Shown here: piece by piece, positions 44,196 through 56,410 of the stretch
Layout: each line of letters opens with the position of its first letter
Numbering within the stretch: position 1 is the stretch's first letter
DNA from: an uncultured Methanosarcinaceae archaeon
Lineage (GTDB): Archaea; Halobacteriota; Methanosarcinia; Methanosarcinales; Methanosarcinaceae
Length of the DNA: 64,000 nt
Direction of reading: 5' to 3'
Assembly: GCA_963733675.1 (NCBI GenBank)
Contig: CAVTET010000003.1
Coordinates: 256,001 to 320,000 of the forward strand
The notes under the pieces: model-generated
What the model was told of the DNA's origin: nothing
What the model saw: the letters and a program-made list of their open reading frames with translations, nothing else
Databases searched by the model: none
Position numbers and translations under genes: made by a program

Positions 44196-44837
44196 TTAAG
44201 GAATCAGAGTAGTTTGCTTACTCTTTGCTAGCAGACCCTCAAGGTTAATACTATGTTTTATCAAACCTGCAAATACTTCATTTGCAAGCCTTGTTACCTC
44301 TTCCCTGTGCTCCTTGATTTCATATGCAGGGTTACCTGTAGGAATCTCAATTTTAGTAATATCTGATCTTGCCTTTCTGAGGTGCGCATCTGAAACCTCG
44401 CAGACTAAGCTGGGTTTTTCCAGGTACTGATCAAGATGTTTTTGAGTGATTCCTATAAGTTTCAACTCCTTGCGGAAGCATGGCCTTTCAAATAATCTGG
44501 AAACTACGTATACTCCGACAGGGATCCTGAGTTCCAGGTCAATTTTGAGAAGCTGAGTTCTGAATATAGAATAAACATCTTCAGAATCCGAAGTCCTCAT
44601 GACCTTACCTTTTTGGGGCAAAGATTCATTGATTTTTTCAGGTAGATGATAAATTTTGGAGGGCGGGACTCCAATTTCCTCCAAAATTTTAAGGTCCCTG
44701 AGTGCCCTGAGGTAGCCAGTTAGAACCAGACGATGTTCATTTATGCCTTCAGCTTTCAATTCTCTAGATAGTCCACTAATTGAAAGCTGTTTCCCCTCAA
44801 GTAGTTCCAGAAGTTTAATGTTGAGCTTTTTTTCCAT
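44196..44837 (-). CDS. Hypothetical protein with N-terminal wHTH
   Basis: LSISGLSRELK..HRLVLTGYLRALRDL..PPSKIY. Confidence 0.78.
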   Translation of the reverse strand: MEKKLNIKLLELLEGKQLSISGLSRELKAEGINEHRLVLTGYLRALRDLKILEEIGVPPSKIYHLPEKINESLPQKGKVMRTSDSEDVYSIFRTQLLKIDLELRIPVGVYVVSRLFERPCFRKELKLIGITQKHLDQYLEKPSLVCEVSDAHLRKARSDITKIEIPTGNPAYEIKEHREEVTRLANEVFAGLIKHSINLEGLLAKSKQTTLIP

Positions 44838-45170
44838 TTATACCGACATCAATGTTAATTGTTAGTAGTTCATTTATTAGGCTTTGGGGCAGAAAAAATA
44901 ATCGGCCGCTTGAGTAATTGAAACACACTCAACTTTATTTTCCGAAATTTGTGGCAAATGTAGAGACCTTCACCGTCCTGAAAGATAAGTTAGCACGAAA
45001 ATTAAAGGGAGTAATAAACACGGGTAATTCTTCAAGATAATATAAATCTTATGAAAAAGCTCGAAATTGTCTATTATTGAATAAATTCAAAATGTGACTA
45101 GTAAACTTATAGTGAATCTATCTTATTTGGTTACTTTAATATTAAATGGAAAAAATTATCGTGAAATTTG

Positions 45171-45263
45171 AGAGGATTTCGATGAATCCCTAAATTTCTT
45201 CCTATGCTTATAAATGGTATAGTTAATATTTGGCGGAAATCAGAGGTTTATTAATAATCCTAT
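45171..45263 (-). repeat. MITE/REP-like element
   Basis: Full-length member of the ~90-bp family. Confidence 0.75.
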
Positions 45264-45725
45264 CTAATCTGCAAGTCTAGTAGAGAAACAAAATCGAAAA
45301 TAATATCACAAATATAGCTTGTATATTGATTATTACTTGAATAATTGAAAATTGAGTTTCTTTATGACAAAATTGAAGGACAATGCTTAAAAGTAATAAT
45401 TGCCATGTGGATTAAGCTTATATTTGTGATTTCATGAGGATACAAAGTTGATATCAGAGTTAGTTTGCAGAAAGGCATCAGATAGTGGAGTTGGTACAAA
45501 TCTAAAATATCTTGAATCGTTTGAAATTTGATTCCGAGATACGAGTATCTAAAAATTTAATTTTTTGACTGGAGCTCTATCCTGGTAATAAATGCAAAAT
45601 TGTGCCAAAAGGGAAGGTTTAAAACAATTAAATCCCTGATAGATCGTGATTTGCATAATTTCTGGAATATCTTTCAATTCATTGGAAATCCACTCATCAC
45701 TGCTGTGTGATACACACTACTATAA

Positions 45726-45815
45726 AGGGATAATTTCTATAAACTTCTGCTTTTGTGGAGTCGTCTAGATACCCTTATAAGCATATGTTAAATTTAGGGG
45801 GTCAGCTAAATCCTT
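45726..45815 (+). repeat. MITE/REP-like element, degenerate
   Basis: TTATAAGCATA..AAATTTAGGG..AAATCCT matches the reverse complement of the 45171 copy. Confidence 0.6.
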
Positions 45816-46335
45816 ATTATAATAAACACGACGATCATTTCTGAGAATTAACAGCATGATGATAAAGCATAAGACATCGAGGAACTTACAGGAAACTTAA
45901 TCGAAGCATGTACAGTAAGTGGATTAATTAGGTACTTATGAAGACCTTCAGCATTTCAAGACTATCTTTGCAAACTAGCAGAGAGATTGGGAAGCCTATG
46001 ATGTACATAGCAGTTTTCATAATCTGACTATATAATATGTATACTCACATTTATTTCCGATATTATTTTAGGCATTAATCTAAGAATACTGAAAGTGATA
46101 TCATCCTTTGAGATTATCTACTTTCGACCAAATTTATCGAACTCGGCAAATAAGTTCTCTTTAAAATTATTCATCTTTACCGTACATCATCCTGAGAGAG
46201 TCCACATATGTTAATATTTAATAAAATATATCTATCAATTAGCATTTTCGTGTTTCTTATCGTCTGTTGCCGAATGTCTGCAGGCTTTAGGAGTCACAGG
46301 TAACCATCATTATCTGTTTATTATGGAGAAATGGC

Positions 46336-47373
46336 ATGCATCATAATGTATTCACAAAAAATCCCACGGTCCCAGTAGATGTAAAGAAAAGATCAATAAG
46401 CGAATTGTTGGATGGGATGCTCAAAACAGGTTTTCAGGGACGGAAACTAGCAGAATCCGTACAAATATGGCACAAAATGTTGAATGAAAATTATATAACA
46501 GTGTTTATGGGCTTATCAGGGGCTATGGTTCCTGCTGGTATGCGCAAGGTCATTTCTTATATGATTGGGAAGAGGATGATAGATTGTTTGGTGAGCACAG
46601 GAGCGAATCTATTCCATGATTCACATGAAGCTCTAGGCAAAAATCATTACATGGGTTCCCATCTAGCTGATGATGAAAAACTATTCGATTCTGGTGTAGA
46701 CAGAATATACGATGTCTTTGCAGTGGAAGAGGAGTTCAGAGCAGCAGACAATCTGATTGCGGACTTTGCAGAAGAAATGGGCGAAATTTCCTGTTCATCA
46801 AGGGAGTTTATCTATTTGTTGGGAAAGAAACTTGTAGGCTGTGGAGCAGCAGAAGATTCTATAGTTGTAAGTGCATATAGGCATAACGTTCCAATCTTTG
46901 TTCCGGCACTTTCAGATAGTTCAATTGGCATCGGGCTTACGATTGCAAGAAGGAGAGGATTGAAACTTGAGGTAGACCAGATCAAAGATGTTGACGAGAT
47001 TACACAAATTGTAGAAAAATCAGGAAAAACCGGAGTCATCTATGTTGGAGGCGGAGTTCCAAAAAATTTTATTCAGCAAACCGAAGTCATAGCTTCCATT
47101 CTAGGAATAAATACTTGTGGGCACGATTATGCAATTCAGTATACTTCTGATTCTCCGCACTGGGGAGGGCTTTCAGGCTGTACGTTTGATGAAGCTGTTT
47201 CCTGGGGAAAAATCGCAGCCCAGGCAAAAAAAGTGCAAGTTTTTGTGGATGCTACAATTGCTCTTCCAATTGTTGCCCACGCCTTATATGAAAAATGTCA
47301 TGACCTCAAGCGCAATGCCCCTGTTTTTAATTGGGAAGGGTCCGAAGGGCTTAATATCGTATATAACGAATAA
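46336..47373 (+). CDS. dys: Deoxyhypusine synthase-family protein
   Basis: TGFQG, SGAMVPAGMR, DRIYD, GGGVPKNF, GGLSGCTFDEAVSWGK (catalytic Lys). Confidence 0.92.
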   Translation: MHHNVFTKNPTVPVDVKKRSISELLDGMLKTGFQGRKLAESVQIWHKMLNENYITVFMGLSGAMVPAGMRKVISYMIGKRMIDCLVSTGANLFHDSHEALGKNHYMGSHLADDEKLFDSGVDRIYDVFAVEEEFRAADNLIADFAEEMGEISCSSREFIYLLGKKLVGCGAAEDSIVVSAYRHNVPIFVPALSDSSIGIGLTIARRRGLKLEVDQIKDVDEITQIVEKSGKTGVIYVGGGVPKNFIQQTEVIASILGINTCGHDYAIQYTSDSPHWGGLSGCTFDEAVSWGKIAAQAKKVQVFVDATIALPIVAHALYEKCHDLKRNAPVFNWEGSEGLNIVYNE

Positions 47374-47435
47374 TCACATTACAAATCTTTATCATATTTG
47401 AAAACTTATCTATAAGACGAGAAGGAGAGGAATAA

Positions 47436-47957
47436 ATGGGTAAACGAACTCGAATAATTAACGATCCTTCCTATTTAGTACCATTACTCAGGACTTTTGG
47501 GTCAAGAACTCATAAAAAAATATTTGATACACTTTCAAATAAATGGATGACCAAAGCAGAAATAGATGAATTCATGGGTTCAGATTCATCAAAAAGTCTT
47601 CATATCTTGAAAAAAGCCGGACTTCTTGAGAGTCAGTGGAGAGTTCCCGAGGCAGGACAGAAACCCTCCAAAGAGTATCATAGTTCTTATTCCAAGGTTC
47701 AGGTCAACTTTCAGTGTTCTTTTGAAGATCTCAGCGACATCATAATGTTGACCTTTAAACCATATGAAGAGGTAAAAGATGCTATGGATGAACTGGAAAG
47801 GCTTGTTGATGAAGGTAATACTTCCATGAGCAACTTAACGAGGACCCTTAATAAAAATCCGTTCTATATATGTGCTGTAGCCCGAAGATCTGAAAAGCTT
47901 TCTGTAATGGGTCAAAGATTAAAATTAATTGAAGATGTTGAGGAGAATTACGATTGA
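47436..47957 (+). CDS. ArsR-like wHTH protein
   Basis: SLHILKKAGLLESQWR..KP.KEYH; GGAG-rich RBS; stop overlaps next start. Confidence 0.8.
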   Translation: MGKRTRIINDPSYLVPLLRTFGSRTHKKIFDTLSNKWMTKAEIDEFMGSDSSKSLHILKKAGLLESQWRVPEAGQKPSKEYHSSYSKVQVNFQCSFEDLSDIIMLTFKPYEEVKDAMDELERLVDEGNTSMSNLTRTLNKNPFYICAVARRSEKLSVMGQRLKLIEDVEENYD

Positions 47958-48745
47958 TGATAAAAATTCTCCAGACTAAAAGCGGAGTAACCAAATTTCA
48001 AGTCCTTATCGAAATTGCAGCACATCAGCCTAATGTAAAACAAAAAGAAATTGCCACAAAAATTGGAATAACTCCTCAAGCAGTTTCAGAATATATTAAA
48101 GATCTTGTAAATGATGGACTGATTATTACTGAGGGCCGGGTTAGGTATAGGATAACTAAAGAAGGTGTTGAATGGGTCCTTGAAAATGCTATAGAAATGA
48201 AGAAGTATGCTCTTTTTGTAATGGAGGATATAATAAGCCATGTTTCTACCTGGACAGCTATCACAAAGGAAGAAGTCAAAGAAGGTCAGCAGGTTTACCT
48301 GAAAATGGAAGAAGGACTTCTATATGTAAGTAGGACGGAAAATACAGGTGCATCAGGCAATGTAATCTCCGCTGCATCAATAGGAGAAGATGTCGGAGTA
48401 ACCAGTCTCCAAGGTCTCATTGACATGGAAAATGCGACCATTACGATATGCAAAGTTCCCAGAGTTGGGCGTGGAGGATCAAGAAAAGTGGAACTTGAAC
48501 GCCTGAAAATGCTAGCAAACTCAAAACCATATATAGCAGCTATTGGTGTGGAAGCGCTTATTGCTCTGCGCAAAGTTGGGATAAGCCCAAATGTTATGTT
48601 TGGAACCAATGAGTCAGTTATCGAAGCTGCATATCACGGACTTTCGTCTCTTGTAGTTTCGGTGGACGAGCAGGTTTCTTTGCTTCTTAGTAGATTAGAA
48701 ACCGAAAATCTTGAATATGAACTCGTAGATCTGACAGTTGAGTAA
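47957..48745 (+). CDS. MarR/Crp-like wHTH transcriptional regulator
   Basis: QKEIATKIGITPQAVSEYIKDL..YRITKEG. Confidence 0.85.
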   Translation: MIKILQTKSGVTKFQVLIEIAAHQPNVKQKEIATKIGITPQAVSEYIKDLVNDGLIITEGRVRYRITKEGVEWVLENAIEMKKYALFVMEDIISHVSTWTAITKEEVKEGQQVYLKMEEGLLYVSRTENTGASGNVISAASIGEDVGVTSLQGLIDMENATITICKVPRVGRGGSRKVELERLKMLANSKPYIAAIGVEALIALRKVGISPNVMFGTNESVIEAAYHGLSSLVVSVDEQVSLLLSRLETENLEYELVDLTVE

Positions 48746-48768
48746 TTTACTTTGGATTTTTAAGTTAG

Positions 48769-48857
48769 AAGGGATCTCGATAAACCGCTGTTTTCACGAA
48801 TTATTATTATATACTATTTACAAAAAAATAACGAAATTTTGGTGTTTACAGATCCCT
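48769..48857 (+). repeat. MITE/REP-like element
   Basis: AGGGATCT..AGATCCCT inverted ends, 23 bp after a stop codon. Confidence 0.72.
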
Positions 48858-49099
48858 TATCGAGTTATATATTCCAAATCCTCAGTGTTGGAGCATCAAA
48901 GATTTAGTATTTGGATAATACTTACATTTTGTCACATGTCAATAATTTGCTTATTAATGACTCGTGAAAGTCAAAAGTTTATCGAAATCTTCTGCTATTC
49001 ATACAGAAAAGTTACATTTTCTGTATATTTAATATTTCTTGAGTTTAGTTCATATTGTAATATTCAAGGCCGTTTTATTTCAAAATCTGGAGATTCTCC

Positions 49100-49627
49100 A
49101 TGAAGCTTATTGCACTTTCCGATACTCATCTGAAAACAGGAAATATCCCCTTGCAGCTTCCCAAACTCCTTGATGAGTGTGACCTAATTGTCCATGCAGG
49201 AGATTTCAGCACTATGGAAGCCTATCAGTCCTTTAAAGCCTTCAGCAAACTAAAAGCTGTTTTTGGAAATGATGATGTTTCCGAGCTAAAAAGGCTTCTT
49301 CCAAAAAGGCTTATATTTGAAGTTGAAGGGTTGAAAATCGGCTTGGTGCACGAAGGAGGACTTTCACTGATTGATACAACTGCACAAAATTATCTCGCAA
49401 AAGAAATGGATGTAGATATCCTGATATTCGGGCATCTGCACCAGCCTTTGATTGAAAAAAATGAGTTTATGCTTGTCTGCCCTGGATCTCCTACTGAACC
49501 CAGGATGTCAAGTCCCAGTGTTGTGGAACTCACAATTGAAAATAGAAGTATATGTGGCAGAATAATTACTTTTGATGGAGACTCTTGCAAGTGTATGAAG
49601 TTCTTAAATGCTCGTAAAAACCACTGA
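49100..49627 (+). CDS. YfcE/Vps29-like metallophosphoesterase
   Basis: SDTH, HAGD, GNDD, FGHLH, PGSP. Confidence 0.9.
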   Translation: MKLIALSDTHLKTGNIPLQLPKLLDECDLIVHAGDFSTMEAYQSFKAFSKLKAVFGNDDVSELKRLLPKRLIFEVEGLKIGLVHEGGLSLIDTTAQNYLAKEMDVDILIFGHLHQPLIEKNEFMLVCPGSPTEPRMSSPSVVELTIENRSICGRIITFDGDSCKCMKFLNARKNH

Positions 49628-49756
49628 ACTGAAAAAGATTAAATGAAACAAGACTTAGGAAATTTAAAATGGTGATAAAACCCTGCAAAGAAGTTAGAAT
49701 CGAAATTAAGCATTAATAATAGCTTTGTAATCTAAATATTCGATCAATTTTATTAT

Positions 49757-49804
49757 AGAGGATCTCGGCAAACACCAAAATATAGGGATTTATAGATATC
49801 CACT
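49757..49804 (-). repeat. Minimal 48-bp MITE/REP-like element (two ends only)
   Basis: AGAGGATCTCGGCAAACACCAAAAT fused to AGGGATTTATAGATATCC. Confidence 0.6.
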
Positions 49805-51444
49805 GCATAGTTTCTATTTGTTGTACTTCAGAATGATCATTCTTATTCGTTTATGATATTTCAGTAGTTCGCAAGAAAAAAAATTCATCAATACATCTAA
49901 GTTTTTTTCTTTTAATCGTCTCTAGAATTTGTATGTAGAGTTCTGAAGAAGGGATTATACAGGATCCTCTAAACTATTTTAAGATTTTTCTGAGTCTATT
50001 TTCAGTTTATGCATCTATTAAACTGAGAGCAAGAGTTATTTCTTTCTCTATCAAATTTCATTAAGTAATTCAGAATTAATCTTACTTGAATATTGTTTAA
50101 TACTTCAATTACGCATTTACACTCATATCACAACAATTTAATTATTGATCATTCGGATAAACTCTGAATTTCTCCCCCTCTTCATGTTAGAAATTAAATT
50201 TGAAACTGTTGATCTAAATTTTCTAATGAACTTTGTTAGAGAGGGATCTGAAAGAACAAGATTAATAACCAGATTCTATATTCTGCTACTGATAAATCAT
50301 AACAGAGAGGTACTAGATTACGAAAACATTCGGTTTTTTCAGGAATACTGTTTTAACAATAATGAAGAAATACGTTGAAGAAGGTCTCAAAAGTACTATT
50401 ATAAATAAAGTAGTACGTGTCAAACGAAAAAAGACACTGGAAATATTTTGTAGAATTAATAGCATTAGAATTCACCTGCTATTCTGATAAAAACAAAAGA
50501 TTACGGCTTAAACTGTTTACTGGATAAATGAGGAAAAAGAGGAATTTAAAACAATAAACAAGGAGATCACTAGGCTTATTCTAAAAAAACAAAAACAAAT
50601 TATGTTGAGATGTGTATGGTGAATAAGAACAACTATCCTGAAATCAAAACAGGATATACAGCATTATTGGCCATATGAAAAAAAATTAGAACCAAAAAAT
50701 TTCTTGCTCTGCCTTGAAGAGGTACCAATGTAACTTCTTCAGGATAAGAGAACGACCATTCCCATGAAGTCTGTAAACTCAGAAAATAAGATTATGAATA
50801 TATCATAAATAGAAAAGCAAATATATCCATAAAGTAGGGCTCAAACTGGGAAAAAGATGACTCAGATAACCAAAAAAGACCCATTCCAGATTTTGCGCAA
50901 TTAGTGAATACTCTGGATATGGGAAAACATCTAAAGTCGAAATCATACTATTGGTTATGTTAATCGTAAGAATTTTGATAAACATTAGATTTCAACATAT
51001 ATCAAATATAGGCTTTATAAGAGACCATCTAAAAAATTGGTATATCGAAATCATCTCAACATCCACAAGGGAAATTTTTTTATGAAACATTAAGTGAAGA
51101 TGAAGAATATAGATTTTGGATAAAATAGAGTTTCTTTAAACCCCCAAACATACACAATCAATGCTGCTAAGTATAAATCAATGTAATGGTATTAATGTAA
51201 TGGAATATGGATCAGTTATATAAGAAAACTCACCCTGAAACAGTTGTGTTAACGAAGAGAAAGGATGACCATTGAAAGAAAATGATCTGGGTATTTACAA
51301 TTAAGGATGCTGATTAAAAGATTATCTAAGTATTACACTCAGTAATTGAAATCCCATAAAATGAAATCATTTTTTGTCGAAATCCCAACAAAGACCTAGC
51401 TAATTGATGTATCAGTAACTCCAGTTTTTGTGATTTTTATCATT

Positions 51445-51666
51445 TCACAATGTTTCAAGTTTGAACATGACACCTGTGCCCTGAAGGCTAAGGTATACTT
51501 TGTCCCCGAACTCGAGAATTTTGTCGATACTAAAGTTGCTATTCCAGTTATATACAAAGTCATAGGTACCTTGCATTGGTTCGAAACCCAGAGACATAAG
51601 TCTTCGGTTGATCTCTGACGGACGAGCTCCTTCACTGCTGAACCAGACCAGAAGATATGTTTTCAC
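51445..51666 (-). CDS. Small hypothetical protein (73 aa)
   Basis: GTG start after GAGATGAT RBS-like site; globular alpha/beta composition. Confidence 0.72.
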   Translation of the reverse strand: MKTYLLVWFSSEGARPSEINRRLMSLGFEPMQGTYDFVYNWNSNFSIDKILEFGDKVYLSLQGTGVMFKLETL

Positions 51667-52214
51667 GGGATCATCTCACATATAAATTATTTAATTTTAT
51701 TGCAACTATTTAAAATTGATGAAACAACATCATAACAACCATAGTTATTCTTATTATTATGGTAAATTTTTTAAGCTCATTTTCGTCGATTATTGGCTAG
51801 ATTGTGTTTTTTCTTTTTGAATGGTTTAAGAATTGCGTATTTTAAACAATTCGAAGCAATCATGAATATACCTTTTAGGGGATAATTATATTTAATTTAA
51901 CATTAATTCTCTGCCAAACATATTATTACTCACTTCTTATTATGTCTCGTTTATTTATCTACATTTTGGCTCTTCTTACCTGAGATTAACATGCAAAGAA
52001 AAATATTTCCTAAAAAAATTAAAACTCAGAAAAATTAAATTGCGAAGAGGTCTGAACAGAAGAAAAGATCAAATAGTAGAAAACGTTTTCTAAAAATTGG
52101 TTAGATTTTTCATTTATCAAACATGAAAAATGAGCATAATTCAAATTTTTTGGAGGAGGTAATGAGATTCTTACATTTACAATTTTCAATACCTCATGGA
52201 CATGACTGATAAAT

Positions 52215-52860
52215 CAAATTACTTGTGTCCATTCTACCCTAAATGGTGGAATATGCTTAGAGTTTCTCTCTCAGTTTGTCGAAACTTAGAAATCATCGAT
52301 TCATTTTGTGACCCCATTTCTTTGATCTAGATGATTCAAACTCTTTTTCTGGTCTCCTCTAAGACAACTGATGTAGTGTTTTATTGTATCAGTTGTCGCA
52401 TTTATAACGGATCAAAAAAATTAATACTTGATCATAGACTTCCATCAAAATTCATTTTTTTCAGTTAATGATGAAGCTTAAAAAATCTATATGAATCACC
52501 TCCTTTCAAGTATTGAACTGCTTCTGATGAGAGTTGCTTGGATGGAACTCCAGGAATAGGTGAGCGCTATATCTACCACTTTCGTACCATGAATTTTGTA
52601 ACCTGGATAATAATGGATCTATAATCCATAGACATCAACACTAGATGATTGATAATCTGATAATAATCATGACTAAAGTTGTTCAGTTCCAATGAATGTT
52701 CACATCCCCGCCAGAGGGAAGCGGCACTACCTCTGGAATGACGCTAAAAACAAACCCATTTCACAAAGGAGTCATAACTGAGAGGGTTAGAAGGATACAA
52801 AAATAGTTGATATTTTATGTGATCCCCACTCTAAAGTATGGGGGATTCTGGACCCTGCAC
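52215..52860 (-). mobile_element. tnpA: Second IS200/IS605-type element, heavily decayed tnpA
   Basis: LELNNFSHDYYQIINHLVL..GYKIH..FLEFHPS..EAVQYLKGGDSYRFFKLH..KHYI; hairpins TCCCCACTCTAAAGTATGGGGGA (about 52823) and TTCTACCCTAAATGGTGGAA (about 52232). Confidence 0.75.
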
Positions 52861-53408
52861 TAAAGAGGTCATCAATAGTACAATACATGATGAGCTTTCA
52901 CATATCTCGAATTTGCTGTAACTTGGGAATTAAATGTTTTCATGCTGTCTAAAATTTTCTTCCTATGTGTGGAATTTTCTTCTCATCAACTTCTCGAGAT
53001 TTGCGATCTTCTTAAAAATCGGCACTCTTCTGTGTTTTCTTAATAAAAAACTATTTTAATTAGTGAAGTTTGTCAAATTTGGGTTAAAATTACAAAGAAA
53101 ATCCCCCTAAAAGTAGATTATTGTATAATTGCCATGCATAAAAAGACTCTAAGTACAAGCATAAGGGAATTTATCATGAAAAAGATTTCAACTGTTTTTT
53201 CAATAGCTATTTAACTAGCAGTTAACTGTAAATTAAATACATAAGTTCATTCCTCGATTTAACTACGCAATTCATAAAAAAGATAAGATCAAACTAAAGA
53301 TTCGAGGACAAAAATTAATTTTAGGAGGATTCAACACCTTCTTTATACTGCCAAGTCCTCAAAAAAATTAAATAGTATGATTGGAAGTAAGTTTCGTCCT
53401 TTGCGAAT

Positions 53409-53816
53409 TCAGGCAGCAGTTTCCTTTGTCAATATATATGCAACCATCTCAGGGCTCAGCTTTCTCTCCCTCGATATCTTTGCTTCAATATCTTCAGTAG
53501 ATTTACCTTCATGTTTCATCATCCTTATTTTTTCAACCACTGAGGAGGGTATGCTGTAATATTCATTAATGTCTTTTCTGTGACCCCATACATCACCTTC
53601 GATAAGTCTTATTCTCTGCATTCCAAGAAACATCAAAATAGACTTTGAGACTGTGCACATGTAAGATTTAGGTAATTGAATTACCTCAACTTTTGGACAG
53701 GTTTCGATCAATCCAAATATGTCCTTATTCGAAGGCCTAAAAGCCATGTGAACAATACGTTCATTAGGATTAAGTGTAAATATTTCTTCTCTGGAACTAA
53801 CTACTCTAATTTTCAT
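53409..53816 (-). CDS. DUF1699-family protein
   Basis: MKIRVVSSREEI..VHMAFRPSNKDIF..EGDVWGHRKDINEYY. Confidence 0.88.
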   Translation of the reverse strand: MKIRVVSSREEIFTLNPNERIVHMAFRPSNKDIFGLIETCPKVEVIQLPKSYMCTVSKSILMFLGMQRIRLIEGDVWGHRKDINEYYSIPSSVVEKIRMMKHEGKSTEDIEAKISRERKLSPEMVAYILTKETAA

Positions 53817-54052
53817 GTTTTTCCCCCACTGTAAAGTTTTTTCGTTTTTGCTTTAATATAAGTACGTTATACTTACTATAAATATTTATCTTAGTTATCT
53901 AATATTACTTTGATTGTATACTGGATTCTCTATTTCATATTATAGGCCATAAATTAGCTTTAAAAAGAATTAAAAAGATAATAATCAATTTTTATGAGTT
54001 ATTTTTCTAATTTAATTTTGATTTTTTCGATCCGATTATTGGTCATCTACTC

Positions 54053-55519
54053 TCAGTAATTTATGAATTCGAATCCCTTTTCTAAAGCAATCCTCCTGAG
54101 ATACTTTTCAATATATTTTTCATCCCTTTGTGAAAAACCCGCGTCTTTGGCAAGCTTGTTGAGTATTTTTTGAACTCCTGTTCCATACTGAATTGCTTTT
54201 TTTTCTTTCCAGAGAAGTTCCGGTGGGAGGAGATCCTCTGCTGTTTTTCTGAAAATATATTTCCTTATATACAAGCTACCTTTTTTCAGCACTTTTAACT
54301 CTGGGATGATGGATAGGCCTGTTTTAATTACATCCTTATCTAGAAAAGGTACTCTGAGCTCTATAGAGTTAGCCATAGTAACCATATCATCCCTTTCAAG
54401 ATTGACCACTGAAATTTTTTTAATATCCGAATAAATTTCTCTATCAAGTACTTCAGATCCTTGTTCAAGGAAAACCTCATGCCTCCTGTACCCGCCGAAA
54501 AGCTCATCTGCACCTTGCCCTGTAAGGATGACCCTCTTTCCATCTTCTCTCGCAATTTTAGCAACAACGTATAGAGGAATTCCGATTGCAATTTTCATAG
54601 GGTCAACGGATTCAGTTGCGCGAATAATCTGCGGAATTAAGTTTTCGATTTCTTTGACAGACAAGAGATGTATTCTCAGAGAATCCTTCATACCAATAGC
54701 TTCAGCAGCTTTCTCTGCCTGTGTAATATCATGGGAATCTGGAAGCCCTACAGCATAAAGAGGAGTAGCCGGATTAATTCTCTTTGCAAGGACTGCTAAA
54801 AATGTGCTGTCAATACCACCGGAAAATGCAATTCCTGAAGTTGATGTAAGCCGGAGTTCCAAGGCCTTTTCAATAACAGCCTTCAGATGAAAAACAGCTT
54901 CAAATTCACCCGAGATCCTTTTTTGCGGAGGCTTTATTTTGAGGGATCGTTCTTCAAAACTTCCATTCTTCATATTAAAACTCAGGATGCTGCCGGGGGG
55001 TAAAGGTTTAATATCTCTTCCTGTAGTAAAGAGGGCCTTTTTTTCGGATGCGAAAATTATTTTTCGTTTTCCTTTTCTTTTTTTGGCGGAATAAAAAAGA
55101 GGTTTGACACCTACAGGGTCTCTGGCCAACACAAGTTCGTTATCACAGGCATATGCTAGAGCATAGTCTCCGTTTACTGAGGAAAGTACCGAAAAGACAG
55201 CGTTTATCGGTATACATCCCTTACTAATTCGGGTTTCTATCAGGGAAAAAAGCGCTTCAGTATCAGAATCTGTTATTATCCCGGATTCAGATGCAAGTTC
55301 CTTGAAATTGAATATTTCTCCATTTACTGCGAGAGCCCCTTTTCCTGCCAAAGGCTGGGCCATATCTCCTGTAATTTTAAGCAAAGTATTCCCTATACTC
55401 AGATTTTTTGCCTGATAAGTTCCGCAGGCATCAGGTCCCCTATGTTCCAGAGCTACAAGCATTTTTTTCACTTTAATGTTCGTATCAGGAGTTCCGGTTG
55501 CTCCTGCTATTCCGCACAT
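54053..55519 (-). CDS. asnB: Asparagine synthetase (glutamine-hydrolysing)
   Basis: MCGIAG, HRGPD, NGEIFN, RDPVGVKPLF, SGGIDS, GQGADELFGGY, RVPFLD. Confidence 0.93.
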   Translation of the reverse strand: MCGIAGATGTPDTNIKVKKMLVALEHRGPDACGTYQAKNLSIGNTLLKITGDMAQPLAGKGALAVNGEIFNFKELASESGIITDSDTEALFSLIETRISKGCIPINAVFSVLSSVNGDYALAYACDNELVLARDPVGVKPLFYSAKKRKGKRKIIFASEKKALFTTGRDIKPLPPGSILSFNMKNGSFEERSLKIKPPQKRISGEFEAVFHLKAVIEKALELRLTSTSGIAFSGGIDSTFLAVLAKRINPATPLYAVGLPDSHDITQAEKAAEAIGMKDSLRIHLLSVKEIENLIPQIIRATESVDPMKIAIGIPLYVVAKIAREDGKRVILTGQGADELFGGYRRHEVFLEQGSEVLDREIYSDIKKISVVNLERDDMVTMANSIELRVPFLDKDVIKTGLSIIPELKVLKKGSLYIRKYIFRKTAEDLLPPELLWKEKKAIQYGTGVQKILNKLAKDAGFSQRDEKYIEKYLRRIALEKGFEFINY

Positions 55520-56139
55520 GTTTACTCCTTTTTCATCCTTTTTAGAATATCCACGTGCTCTATTTCTATTTAGCAGTTTGCCAATTAGAGGGAATTATTT
55601 TGTCTTCATTTGGATTCGTTTTTACCAGAATTTACGCATTTGAATTTTGCAAGCTTAAATCCAATTGAAATACAATTAACTTTAACAAGATGATATAAAT
55701 AGTTAAATTCATGTTTATAATTTGCCAAAATTTACTGACTTTGGTTTACATTAATTTATCATCCTGTATCTATATTTTTTTGATTCATCTAAGCTGTTCG
55801 CTGTTATGCTCCTATAATCAATGTTCATAACATGATTGTTTTGCTTACCTCCTTAATAAACACTCAGATGCACAATCTTTATGGGCTCAAGCAAGGGAAT
55901 TCGCAACTCTTAACGAGAGTTACCTGATTGTCGATGAAAAGATATCTATGATTTTTTTTGAGAAAAATACATTTTGTTTGTATAGGTGGAGTTGCAATCA
56001 TCATCTATCGATTGAGGTAATTGGTATGATTTCTTGGTCTAGACAGATGATAAGTTTATCTTACATTATATTTTGTATATAGGATACCACCATAAATACC
56101 TGTATTGTTTACAGCTTGGTTTAGTATTACTTAAAAACA

Positions 56140-56410
56140 TGATAATATGTATCTAGTAAAATAAAATATATGTAATTATTTTATGACTCCGCAAGACAGC
56201 AAGTAAAATATACTCACCCAATATCTCTCTGAGTCATGAATATCTTTTTGATCGTATGTAACTGGTTACGATCTGTTTCCGGTTGCTGATCAAAAAATAA
56301 TTAAGAATGTATTTTTGCTTTTTGTGGTTGCAATAAATTTTGTGCGGAATTATTTTTTGTTTAGAAACTATTTTTCATATAATTAATTTGAAATAAATAA
56401 TAGATAATTG
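56140..56410 (-). repeat. R1 family copy 4, upstream of sodC
   Basis: TGCGGAATTATTTTTTGTTTAGAAACTATTTTTCATATAATTA core; CTAGTAAA about 170 bp upstream, as in the other copies. Confidence 0.75.

Noticed and set aside
50300-51360. Possible decayed transposase or CDS
   Set aside because: Coding-like, but no motif could be assigned with confidence
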